From positions 288,001-352,000 of the forward strand of contig CAVZRV010000010.1 in the NCBI GenBank assembly GCA_963777605.1: a stretch of DNA of 64,000 bases. Reading direction: 5' to 3'. This document shows positions 18,358 to 28,113 of this stretch, piece after piece (position 1 is the stretch's first letter; each line of letters begins with the position of its first letter). The notes under the pieces were generated by a model that was not told the origin of the DNA, did not search any database, and worked only from the letters and a program-made list of their open reading frames with translations. The translations under genes were made by a program, and so were the position numbers. Source of the DNA: an uncultured Acidobacteriota bacterium. Lineage in GTDB: Bacteria; Acidobacteriota; UBA6911; RPQK01; JAPXNP01.

Positions 18358-18964
18358 GGAAGTGAACCTTCTCAGGGTGTGCTGCCGAAATCACCTTCGG
18401 AGCGAAATCTGAATCGTCTCTCCGTGCCCAGTCCGCCAGCGGGCGCACGAAGCCCCCGGGCAAAGCCTCCGGCGGGGGCCAAACCCCTAACCCCATCTAG
18501 TATTAACGAACGAGTTGGAAAAAGTGCGAAGAGACCGCGGGAAGAATGTGAAAAAGGTGCCGTTTGCAGGGAGAGGAAGCGAAAGGACCTCTGGGAGCAA
18601 GGATGTAGAGACAACCCAGGGAGAGGCGGCTCTCCATCCCAGTTTGGGCAACATACCCCTCAATCCAGGATTCTTGATCTCCGGTTTGTTCTGAAACAGT
18701 CCGCCACCGGGACTAAATCGCACTTTCAGCACTTTCAGTGCTCCATTGCCGTCCCGGCTCCCATTCCCGGGGCGTTGCCGCCGGGCTAAAGATGACCCTG
18801 CGCAGTTGTTTGTGCGCTCATCTGGCGATGCTTCACCGGTTTCACTCTGCGGATGATCTCCGCAGCGCGGAGGGCGGGGCTGACCTGCAGACAAGTCCCG
18901 ACGAAAGATCGTAGAATTGGTCCTCGCGGTTTAATGGGATGGGAACGTTCCTGGATCACGGATA

Positions 18965-19582
18965 ATGACATTTGCAACGCATTCGACTCGACGCCTCGCT
19001 GCCGACCTGGACCTCAACACGGATACTCTCGCGACGGGACCGTATTCCCGGATGTCGACCCGTTTTCGGAAGTCCTTCTTCATGTTCGGGGTCGAAATCG
19101 TGGACGTCAGAATCCGCTTTGGCATGCAGACGGCAGATCGCCTCGAGGCTGCCGCCCGCTCCAACGGTTCGGGAAACCGCACGGTCGATCGGCTTGCCGA
19201 AATTGCGCTTCGGTCAGAGGATGCCCTGGTCGAGATCCACTTCCTGAGGCCCGTAAACCTGGGACTGTTCCTTGGCGAATTGAAGCGCAATTCCAGGGCG
19301 GTCTACGAATGCGGCCTCATCGACCTCGATCTCTACCAGGAAATTGCGAGCAGCCTGACCAGCTGGTACTCCTTCCTCAATGGCCGTGGAGTCCGAGCAA
19401 ACGACCGCATGATTTACCGGATCGAAGGCGAAGGCTTCCGGGTTGTCTACCAGTCCGGCGACGCCCGGGTCCTTTTCGACCGCTGCTACGAGGGACCGAA
19501 GCGGCGTTTGGCAATCCTTGGCGCCTACTTTCACTCCGGGTCTGAGTTCCGGAATCCCTTGATCCGTTCCGTGCTGGCCTAG
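18965..19582 (+). CDS. Hypothetical protein (205 aa)
   Basis: Longest plausible ORF here, with globular composition and normal codon usage. No family recognised with confidence. Confidence 0.6.
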   Translation: MTFATHSTRRLAADLDLNTDTLATGPYSRMSTRFRKSFFMFGVEIVDVRIRFGMQTADRLEAAARSNGSGNRTVDRLAEIALRSEDALVEIHFLRPVNLGLFLGELKRNSRAVYECGLIDLDLYQEIASSLTSWYSFLNGRGVRANDRMIYRIEGEGFRVVYQSGDARVLFDRCYEGPKRRLAILGAYFHSGSEFRNPLIRSVLA

Positions 19583-19762
19583 GAATATGTTTCCAAGACC
19601 CGCGAACGCCTCTAATCTGGATCACTGCTGCTCCGGGAATTTCCAGGTCGCCAGAGAAAGACTTGCTTGAATCAGACTTCCAGTGTAAATCAGGACAAGG
19701 CCGCATCCTGACACGAGCAACCGCTCTGGACCGAATGAACTGCTGCCGAAAGGACTCACTGG

Positions 19763-21721
19763 ATGAAACGTGCGCGATCCCTCCGCTTCTTCGTTCTATT
19801 GGTGTTACTGGGGAGCCCCTCGCTGCGGGCTGCCGTTTCGCTTCCAGAGATCTTCTCTGACCACATGGTCTTGCAGCGTGACCGGGTCAACCCGGTCTGG
19901 GGTTGGGCGGGGCCGCGGGAACGCATCGCCATCGACATCGCCGGCCATCACTATGAGACGGTCGCCGACGAGAACGGGACCTGGCGCATCGACCTCGCCC
20001 CGATGGCAGCCGGTGGCCCATTTGTCCTCGGCGTTCGGGGGGAGAACCTGCTGCGGGTTGAAGATGTCCTGATCGGCGAAGTCTGGTTCGCTTCGGGCCA
20101 GTCCAACATGCAGTTCTCAGTCGGGTCGACCACCCGGGCCACGCGGACGATCGGGTCGAGCCTGAACCCAAACGTCCGCCTGTTCAAGGTGGTCCAGCAC
20201 AGCGCCCTGGAACCCAGGTCACATAACCCCTCGAAGTGGGAAAGCTGTTCCCCTGCAACGGTTCCCGGGTTCTCGGCAGTAGCCTATTTCTTTGGAAGCG
20301 AGATTCAGAAAAGCCTGGGCGTGCCGGTGGGATTGATTGATTCGAGTTGGGGTGGAACCAACGCAGAAGAATGGACCCGTCACCGGGAACTGGAGGCAAT
20401 TCCAATGTTTGAGGCCCTCCTTGAGCGCTGGAGAACAGTCCCGGAGGCCACCCGGCATCTCTTTTCGGGGAACTTCGAGGTGGAATTATCGCTCGACGAC
20501 CTGATCTTCCTGCCCGAGGATCCAAACGACCATCCGATGGCCCTGGACGACTTTCAGGACGGTGACCTGATCAACCGGCTCTTTGGCCGTTGGACCGCCA
20601 GCGCTCCAAGCCCGTGGGGGAGCCGAACCATGTCGGTGGACCAGGGAAGCAACCCCAGCCTGCATTTTGCGTCGAGTTCCCGGCCCGGAGGGGTCAACTC
20701 GGTCCGGGTGGACTACACGCCCGGCCGCTACATTGACCTGAGCCGTTATGGGGCACTCCAGTTTCGCTGTCGCGGTAAAGGTTTTCTGAAGGTCCGTTCG
20801 ATTCAGCCTGACGTGACCGACTCCGACGACTACGCGACCGGCATGATTCCCCTGACCTCGGACTGGCGAACCCTGACAGTCCACTTCGAAGAGCTGGCCC
20901 AGGCTGGATGGGGCAAGCAACAGTCATTCACCCGAAAACGACTCTCCGGGGCCGTTTTCGAGGTTCTGCCCGCCGAGTCGATGCCACGTCCCCCATCGGG
21001 ACTTTACAACGGCATGGTGGCTCCGTTCCTCCCGTTCAGCGTCAGAGGCGCCCTTTGGTACCAGGGCGAAGGAAACGCCGGACGTGCATACCAGTACCGC
21101 CACCTCCTGCCGACCATGATCGAAAGCTGGCGCTCTTCCTGGGGTGCACCGGAGCTCCCGTTCCTGGTCGTCCAGCTTCCCGGGTACCGGCAACGGGTCG
21201 CGGAGCCGTCTGACAGCGACTGGGCGGAACTGCGCGAGGCTCAGTTGATGACGGCACTATCGGATGATCGCGTTGACCTGGCGGTGACCATCGATCTCGG
21301 CGAAGATGACGACGTTCATCCTCGCGAGAAGGAGGAAGTAGGACACCGCCTCGCCCTGCTGGCGAGGAATCGTATCTACGGCCAGGAAGTCGTCGCCTCG
21401 GGCCCGGTCTATCGGTCCTTTGAGCGAGAAGGAAACGTGATTCGAATTCACTTTACCGGGATCGGTGGCGGCCTCGCGAGTGCGGGCGGCGACCCGTTGC
21501 GGGGATTTACGATCGCCGGCGACGACCAGCGGTTCCTGCCCGCCGAGGCCCGGATCGAAGGAGACACAGTCGTCGTTTCCGGCAGAGGGATCGACGCGCC
21601 GGCCGCGGTTCGCTACGCGTGGGCGGACAACCCCGATTGCAGCCTATATAACGCCGAGGGTCTCCCGGCCTCTCCATTTCGTACCGACGACTGGCCGGGA
21701 GTCACGTTCGACAAGCGCTGA
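19763..21721 (+). CDS. Sialate O-acetylesterase (SASA/SGNH) with an inserted carbohydrate-binding-like domain
   Basis: Signal peptide, GEVWFASGQSNM, WGGT, WYQGEGN, LREAQ, DVHPREK, VRYAW. Confidence 0.9.
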   Translation: MKRARSLRFFVLLVLLGSPSLRAAVSLPEIFSDHMVLQRDRVNPVWGWAGPRERIAIDIAGHHYETVADENGTWRIDLAPMAAGGPFVLGVRGENLLRVEDVLIGEVWFASGQSNMQFSVGSTTRATRTIGSSLNPNVRLFKVVQHSALEPRSHNPSKWESCSPATVPGFSAVAYFFGSEIQKSLGVPVGLIDSSWGGTNAEEWTRHRELEAIPMFEALLERWRTVPEATRHLFSGNFEVELSLDDLIFLPEDPNDHPMALDDFQDGDLINRLFGRWTASAPSPWGSRTMSVDQGSNPSLHFASSSRPGGVNSVRVDYTPGRYIDLSRYGALQFRCRGKGFLKVRSIQPDVTDSDDYATGMIPLTSDWRTLTVHFEELAQAGWGKQQSFTRKRLSGAVFEVLPAESMPRPPSGLYNGMVAPFLPFSVRGALWYQGEGNAGRAYQYRHLLPTMIESWRSSWGAPELPFLVVQLPGYRQRVAEPSDSDWAELREAQLMTALSDDRVDLAVTIDLGEDDDVHPREKEEVGHRLALLARNRIYGQEVVASGPVYRSFEREGNVIRIHFTGIGGGLASAGGDPLRGFTIAGDDQRFLPAEARIEGDTVVVSGRGIDAPAAVRYAWADNPDCSLYNAEGLPASPFRTDDWPGVTFDKR

Positions 21722-21741
21722 GCTGGAAGGAGGCACGTTCT

Positions 21742-23871
21742 ATGAGAATGAAACACGCCTTGTCATCGCTCTTCCTCGTTATTCTGCTGACGGTAATTGC
21801 GCCGGCCGAAACCCGGCAGCGGTTCGACACGATTCTCTACGGAGCCTCCTACTACCACGAGTACATGCCCTACGATCGCCTCGACCAGGATGTCGAGCTG
21901 ATGAAACAGGCCGGCATCACCGTCGTCCGACTCGGAGAATCGACCTGGTCGAGCTGGGAACCTGAACCGGGCCAATTCAAGTTCGAGTGGATGGAGCGGA
22001 TCCTCGACCGGCTCCATGAGGCCGGCATCAAGGTGATCCTGGGAACCGCGACTTACTCCATCCCGCCGTGGCTTTACCGGCTTCACCCTGAGATTCTCGT
22101 CTTTCGACTCACCGAAGCGCCTCCTACCAACCGCGATGGTTACTCCACATACCCGGGCCGCACAACGCCGGGTGCCTACGGTCCTCGCCAGAACATGGAC
22201 ATCACGCATCCCGCCTACCGTTACTACGCGGAGCGGCTGATCCGCCAGGTGATCGCTCACTTCAAGGACCATCCTGCCGTCATCGGATACCAAATCGACA
22301 ACGAGACCCATCCACCGGGCTTTCCAACCGAGAACACGCAGAAACTCTTTGCCGACTACCTCCAGGAGAAATTTCATACCGTGGACCGGCTCAACCAGAT
22401 CTGGGGTCTGACCTACTGGGGCCAACTGATCGGGAACTGGAGGGAGCTTCCACCGATCGACGGCATACTGAACCCCGGCTTCAAGCTGGAATGGGAACGC
22501 TTCCAGCGTAAGACGGTGACCGACTTCCTGGCCTGGCAGGCGGCCATCGTGCGGGAATACGCGCGCCCGGACCAGTTCATCACGCACAATTTCATCGGAG
22601 GCGTGCGAACCGACATCGATCAGCCCGCGATCGCCCGCTTCCTCGACATCTCCGCCGTCAACCCCTACCACCGGGTACAGGACGAGCTGGACGGCGAGGC
22701 CATTGCACTCTCCGGGGATCTCAACCGGTCCCTCAAACAGGCCAACTACCTCGTGACGGAGACCAACGCGCAGGGGATCGGGTGGGATTCGCGCGGCCAG
22801 CAACCCCCGTACGACGGGCAACTTCGCCTCAGTTTCTACAGCCACGTCTCGAGTGGGGCCAACCTGGTGGCTTACTGGCACTGGCACTCGCTGCACTACG
22901 GCCAGGAGACGTACTGGAAGGGGATCCTGTCCCACGACCTGGAACCGAACCGTGCCTACCGGGAAGTCAGCCGCATCGCCCAGGAACTGAAGACGCAGGG
23001 ACCCCGGCTCGCCAACCTCCGGATCAAGAACCGGGTGGCGATCCTCTCAAGTGTCGATTCCTTCCAGGGCCTTCGCTTCATGCGGTTCAGCGACCGCGTG
23101 AACTACATGACCGTGCTCAGCCAGCTTCACAGGGCCCTCTATCAACTGAACGCCGGGTGCGACTTCGTATTCCCCAAAACGGAGAATCTCTCCAGGTACC
23201 GGGTGATCCTGGTTCCGCCGCTCTATGTCGCCGACGACGCCCTGCTCGAGAGGCTTTCCGACTACGTCGAAGGGGGAGGACACCTGCTGATGTGTTTCAA
23301 GAGTGGATTTACCAACGAGTTCTCTACCGTCCGGTGGGAACGGGCACCGGGGCCCCTCCGGAAAGCCGCCGGCTTCAGCTACCAGGAATTTTCCAGCCTG
23401 ACCAAACCGCTTCCGCTGGCCGGCGATCCCTTCCGGGCCGGCGATGAGAACCGGGCCTCGGTCTGGGCCGAGTTCCTCCTCCCGGAAACGGCCGACGTGC
23501 TGGCCCGTTACGATCATGTCTTTTTCGGCCAGTTCCCGGCTATCACCCGGAACCGATTCGGGAAGGGTTCATTGACTTACGAGGGAACCTGCCTGACCGA
23601 CCTGCTCCAGAAGAAGCTTGTGAAAGATGTGCTCGAGCTGGCGTCCCTGACCGGGCCCGATCAGGACTTGCCTGCTCCGGTCCGGGTCAAGCATGCCATC
23701 TCATCCGATGGAAGACCGGTTCACTTCTACCTGAACTACTCGGGCGACCGACAGCGATTCTCATACAGCTACCAGGACGGCAGCGAAAGCCTGAGCGGAG
23801 GCAAAGTCAACCGGGGACAGGAACTCTCCGTCGGGCCCTGGGACCTGGCGATCGTCATCGAAGAGCCATGA
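21742..23871 (+). CDS. Beta-galactosidase, GH42-like
   Basis: YGASYYHE, GESTWSSWEP, YQIDNE (acid/base), VTETN (nucleophile), trimerisation-domain-like C-terminus. Confidence 0.9.
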   Translation: MRMKHALSSLFLVILLTVIAPAETRQRFDTILYGASYYHEYMPYDRLDQDVELMKQAGITVVRLGESTWSSWEPEPGQFKFEWMERILDRLHEAGIKVILGTATYSIPPWLYRLHPEILVFRLTEAPPTNRDGYSTYPGRTTPGAYGPRQNMDITHPAYRYYAERLIRQVIAHFKDHPAVIGYQIDNETHPPGFPTENTQKLFADYLQEKFHTVDRLNQIWGLTYWGQLIGNWRELPPIDGILNPGFKLEWERFQRKTVTDFLAWQAAIVREYARPDQFITHNFIGGVRTDIDQPAIARFLDISAVNPYHRVQDELDGEAIALSGDLNRSLKQANYLVTETNAQGIGWDSRGQQPPYDGQLRLSFYSHVSSGANLVAYWHWHSLHYGQETYWKGILSHDLEPNRAYREVSRIAQELKTQGPRLANLRIKNRVAILSSVDSFQGLRFMRFSDRVNYMTVLSQLHRALYQLNAGCDFVFPKTENLSRYRVILVPPLYVADDALLERLSDYVEGGGHLLMCFKSGFTNEFSTVRWERAPGPLRKAAGFSYQEFSSLTKPLPLAGDPFRAGDENRASVWAEFLLPETADVLARYDHVFFGQFPAITRNRFGKGSLTYEGTCLTDLLQKKLVKDVLELASLTGPDQDLPAPVRVKHAISSDGRPVHFYLNYSGDRQRFSYSYQDGSESLSGGKVNRGQELSVGPWDLAIVIEEP

Positions 23872-23890
23872 CGACCGGCTTCGATCCGAC

Positions 23891-26323
23891 TCAGAAGCTC
23901 AGGAAATAGGAGACTTTGAAAAAGAGCTGCCAGCTGTCACTGGCGAGGCTCGACCAAGGCACCAGAATCGAATCGGCTTCACGAGCCAGGAGGTACCGGT
24001 TCCGCAGGTTGCTGTTGTAGCCCAGGTAGAAGGCAGTCCACGGATTGACCTGGTAGGTGACAAGCATATCGAAATTCAGATTCCGTCGCGTTTCCAGTTC
24101 GGTGAACTCCTGGTTGGCCAACACCGCGTCGTACTGAACGATCAGGCGGGCTGAGAGGGGTCGGCTGAACTGCCAGTTGGTTTTCACCCGGGCAATGTGA
24201 TTGTTGAAAACGCTTTGCCCCGAACCGCGCTCGAGAACCCGTGCCAGCAGGTAGGTTCCCTGAACACGTACGGACCGGCCTGGATAGAACGTCAGCTGAA
24301 GGTTCCCCTCTGTAGAATCGCTCAGCCTGGGTGGACGGCCCGCGGCTGGGACCAGGTTCACGAGAGTACCCTGCGCAAACTCCCCCTGGATGCCAACGTT
24401 CTGCCAGTAATTCGAACTCCAGAAGAACCCGTTTCGACCGCTCGAAAACCTCGACCGCTCCGTCAGGCTGTCGAAGTCGTCGGGACTCAGCCGCTCCACC
24501 GTACCTGTATAGAACAGGCCCAGGTTCGTCTGCCCGATCAACTCCGCATTGAAGTCGAGGCTGTAGAGCATATCCAGCGGTTCGCCGGCATGATTCCAGG
24601 TCGGGTTCACGTTCACATCTGGACCGAACGCGATCAAGGTCTTCCCTTCGGGCCGAAAACGATAGCTTAGAAATTGTCGAACTCCCCGAATATCGCGACG
24701 CAGTGGCACTCTCCGGATTCGCGGACTGCCCGGCCTCGACGTCCTCGTTGACCCGGGCAGGTAGCCGGTGAGGGTTTGAAAGCCGGGGCTCCGGTCGTTG
24801 TATTCGAACGTGTAGGAGAGTTTCCTCCCGGTTCGCTGTATGGACCCGTCGTAGGCCGGTCCTGCCGAGGTGACTCCATCGATGTCTCGGGTTGAACTGG
24901 TCACTCCCTGGAATGCGGCCACCCAGTTCTGGCTGAGCTTGAATCGCCCGTCAATGCCTCCAACACGATTGTACGACTCGTCGAATTCCCGATTCGTGAA
25001 TATCACTCCGACGGTGGATTGTCTGCCGATCTCCCGGTTGACCCGAAAGACACCGTAGTAGGTCCGCTTGCCCGAGAGCGGGTCGTCCTCAGGCACCGCC
25101 TTGCCCGCAGCTTGATCGTCAGCGAGCAGCAGGCCGATTGCGGTCTTACCGACTTTGCCGGTCAGTCGTCCCCCGAACTCGGGGTCTGCGATCCGACGCG
25201 TGAAAAGGAGGTTCATAGGAGTCTCAAAGTAGCTCGCATTCTCCAGGAAGAAAGGCCGTTTCTCGGGAAAGAAGACCTCGAAACGCTGGTTCACAGTGAC
25301 CTGGGGTTCGTCCGACTCAACCTGGTTGAAGTCGGGATTGAGGGCTACATCGAGCACGAGGCTGTCCCGGAATACCATCTTCAGATCAACCCCCGCGTCA
25401 AAGTCAGCGCTCTCTCGAACGAACGTGGGCTCCCCCTGTTCGGAAAGGGCCCGATACGAGCGGAAAAATCCGTACGGAATTGCCTGAATGTTCCGTCCCG
25501 GCGAGACATTTTCGAGACCTTCGAGAGTTGCCTCCTGGTTCAGCCTGCCTTCGATCCTGCTGGTCACGCGGGGCCAGAACGAACCTTCGTTTGCCCGCGG
25601 AATGAAGCGAGTCAAAATAATTCCCCACTTAAGCTGCCGGGTAGCCGGGAAACGAAGGCTTTTGAAAGGGATCGCCATCATCGCGACGTAGCCCTGGTCG
25701 GTCAGTCTCCCGTCTGACTTCCAGATCGTGTCGAACGAAGCGTCATACTGACCGGTCTCCCGTTCCGTCCACATGGCGTCCAGCTGTATACCCAGCGGGT
25801 TTAGCGTAAAGGCGTACGCTCGCAGCTGGTCGTCGAAGGTATCGAGGAAGAGATCCACCCGGTCGTCCCGGGTGATGTCCTCACGGCGGGACATCCGGGC
25901 CCGAATCTTCTCCGGCTCGCTGTCAAAACAGACATAGATCGCGTAGAAGTAATCGTCGTCGTAGCCGACATAGGCTTCGGTTTTCTGAGAGGCGGGTTCC
26001 CCGTCTCGCGGAATCCACTGGACGAATCCATCAACTTTGGTCAGTTCCCGGGCGAGATCGGGAGGTGGCTTCATCCCGGTGAAATCACTAATCTCAGGGG
26101 GACGGGAGAGCCGGTTGACCGTGATCGAGACTCTTCCCGTCGTAGACGTTTCGGCCACAGAAAGATCGACAAATGTGAGCAGCACCAGCAAACAGAGCGC
26201 GAGCCGCCGATGGCCCCTCCGGAGACACCCGTCCGCTCGTACAGCTTGAGTGCATGAATAGAACATGAGCCAAACCACCCCAGCAAAAGCAACACCATCG
26301 CCTGCACGCACCACGCGCTTCAA
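23891..26323 (-). CDS. CBM9-like + DUF5916 outer-membrane protein
   Basis: N-terminal sugar-binding-like domain, NPDFNQVESD...FFPEKRPFFLEN motif, C-terminal FFKVSYFLSF barrel signal. Start uncertain. Confidence 0.8.
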   Translation of the reverse strand: MKRVVRAGDGVAFAGVVWLMFYSCTQAVRADGCLRRGHRRLALCLLVLLTFVDLSVAETSTTGRVSITVNRLSRPPEISDFTGMKPPPDLARELTKVDGFVQWIPRDGEPASQKTEAYVGYDDDYFYAIYVCFDSEPEKIRARMSRREDITRDDRVDLFLDTFDDQLRAYAFTLNPLGIQLDAMWTERETGQYDASFDTIWKSDGRLTDQGYVAMMAIPFKSLRFPATRQLKWGIILTRFIPRANEGSFWPRVTSRIEGRLNQEATLEGLENVSPGRNIQAIPYGFFRSYRALSEQGEPTFVRESADFDAGVDLKMVFRDSLVLDVALNPDFNQVESDEPQVTVNQRFEVFFPEKRPFFLENASYFETPMNLLFTRRIADPEFGGRLTGKVGKTAIGLLLADDQAAGKAVPEDDPLSGKRTYYGVFRVNREIGRQSTVGVIFTNREFDESYNRVGGIDGRFKLSQNWVAAFQGVTSSTRDIDGVTSAGPAYDGSIQRTGRKLSYTFEYNDRSPGFQTLTGYLPGSTRTSRPGSPRIRRVPLRRDIRGVRQFLSYRFRPEGKTLIAFGPDVNVNPTWNHAGEPLDMLYSLDFNAELIGQTNLGLFYTGTVERLSPDDFDSLTERSRFSSGRNGFFWSSNYWQNVGIQGEFAQGTLVNLVPAAGRPPRLSDSTEGNLQLTFYPGRSVRVQGTYLLARVLERGSGQSVFNNHIARVKTNWQFSRPLSARLIVQYDAVLANQEFTELETRRNLNFDMLVTYQVNPWTAFYLGYNSNLRNRYLLAREADSILVPWSSLASDSWQLFFKVSYFLSF

Positions 26324-26434
26324 GCTCTCACAGCGTCAAAGAGCATATCACCCGATCAGTCTGAAACGATTCTTTCTCTCTCCGCATAACAGAATTAAGA
26401 GGCGTTCTTACTATCCTGAACCACAGGAGTTGAT

Positions 26435-27370
26435 ATGGAAGCGACCGATTTTGAACGAGTTGCCATCCTGGGAGCCACTGGTCCGACGGGCCGACACCTG
26501 GCCGCAAGGTGCCGGGCTGATGGCCTGCGCGTCAGGGTGGTTTCACGAAACCTGCGCCACCTCGAGGAGGTCTTTCCCGGCGACGACATTGAACGAGTCC
26601 AAGCCGATCTGCTTGATCAAGACGCCACGACCAGGGCCGTTGATGGACAAGACCTTTTGTTCGACTGTGTCGGCCTCCCGCCGGATCTGATGGCGGCTCA
26701 CCCGAAAGTTGCACGGAATATCTCCAGGGCAATTCAGCCGCAGAGAATACCCTGTTACCAGATATCGAGCTTCTGGTCGTATCTCCCGGTCACGAGCCTG
26801 CCCCTGAGCGAGTCCCATCCCAGATCTGGAGGATCAGACTGGATCCGATACCGAAGAGGTGCTGAGGACCTGCTCCTGGCGGCCGGCGCCTCGATCCTGC
26901 ACCTCCCTGATTTCTACGGTCCGTGGGTACACACGAGCGTCCTGCAGAATGCCCTCCAAGAAGCCTTCGAAGGTAAGGTAGTCAACTGGATGGGGCCTCC
27001 GGACCTGCCCCGCGAACACGTCCACGTCGAGGATGCCATCGATGCTGCGCTGCGCCTCGCCCGCGCCGCTCCAGACCCGGGGCGCTGGATCGTTCCGGGG
27101 TCCGGCCCCCTTTCCGGAAACGAACTGACGGGTATCCTTCGCCGCTTGCTCGGCGAGAAAGTCAGAATCCGAACCGCGGGATTCTGGACTCTAAGAATGG
27201 TCAGCCTCTTCAACCGCGACCTTCGCGGCTTCATGCAAATGGTCCCCCACTACCTCAAACCGATCTCCTATGATGCGTCCAAGCTGGAAGGATCGATTGG
27301 AAAAATAACCACCAAGTCCTACGAATCAGGAATTGCAGAGACCCTGGCATGGCTCAAACAGGAGGGGTGA
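26435..27370 (+). CDS. NAD-dependent epimerase/dehydratase family protein
   Basis: ILGATGPTG Rossmann motif and LPDFYGP. Confidence 0.85.
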   Translation: MEATDFERVAILGATGPTGRHLAARCRADGLRVRVVSRNLRHLEEVFPGDDIERVQADLLDQDATTRAVDGQDLLFDCVGLPPDLMAAHPKVARNISRAIQPQRIPCYQISSFWSYLPVTSLPLSESHPRSGGSDWIRYRRGAEDLLLAAGASILHLPDFYGPWVHTSVLQNALQEAFEGKVVNWMGPPDLPREHVHVEDAIDAALRLARAAPDPGRWIVPGSGPLSGNELTGILRRLLGEKVRIRTAGFWTLRMVSLFNRDLRGFMQMVPHYLKPISYDASKLEGSIGKITTKSYESGIAETLAWLKQEG

Positions 27371-27469
27371 CAGGGAACGGAACATGCCACAGTTACCGCC
27401 GGGCCACACCGCTGGAGGCCAACCTCCAACCACCGCGATCTGCTGCGATCTTCTCCTGAAATGAAATAA

Positions 27470-28075
27470 TCAACAGACCGGCATGCGCACGATCGTCCGC
27501 TGCGATTCGGGTAACGCATCACGCGGGTCGCCCAGGTAAATTTCATGGTGGAGACCATGAAATGAGAGCCCGCGCTCACGGACATACTCGCTCATCTTCT
27601 CGACCGACTCGCGGACTTCCCCGGTACCGCCGAGATGGAGGACCTGCACACATCGTCCCTCGTGCAGATCGAGGACTCGAACCTTGGACACCTCCGGCTC
27701 GGCTCCTCGAACCCGGAGCGCATCGACAGCCGTGGCGACATGCTCCGGACGGACATAGTCCGGAATCCGCAGCAACAGACGCCAGTTCCAGTCGCTTCGG
27801 GGTTCAATGAAGAAATCGCCGGGCCCCATCACACCCCAGAAGAAGACCTCCAACAGCCCCATCAAATAGCTTCGACCCCGGCTTTCGAAATCGGACTGTG
27901 TCTGGCAGGCAACCGCCATCAGTGCGTCCAACCGCCTTCGATAAACCTCCTGCTCAGGGTCTCCCATGCCCTCGATCACGAGGTAGCGAGCGGCTGAGAC
28001 GTCGATAAGGCAAGGATCTGCCGATGCCTGGTACTCTTGATCGACACTCGAGAAAGCGTTTTCCGTTCCCGACAT
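27470..28075 (-). CDS. GyrI-like small-molecule-binding protein
   Basis: IEGMGDP, LEVFFW, EGRCVQVLHLG, HHEIYLGDPR. Confidence 0.85.
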   Translation of the reverse strand: MSGTENAFSSVDQEYQASADPCLIDVSAARYLVIEGMGDPEQEVYRRRLDALMAVACQTQSDFESRGRSYLMGLLEVFFWGVMGPGDFFIEPRSDWNWRLLLRIPDYVRPEHVATAVDALRVRGAEPEVSKVRVLDLHEGRCVQVLHLGGTGEVRESVEKMSEYVRERGLSFHGLHHEIYLGDPRDALPESQRTIVRMPVC

Positions 28076-28113
28076 ACTCCAACTCTACTACGGAAAGCTG
28101 GACTCGACAATTG

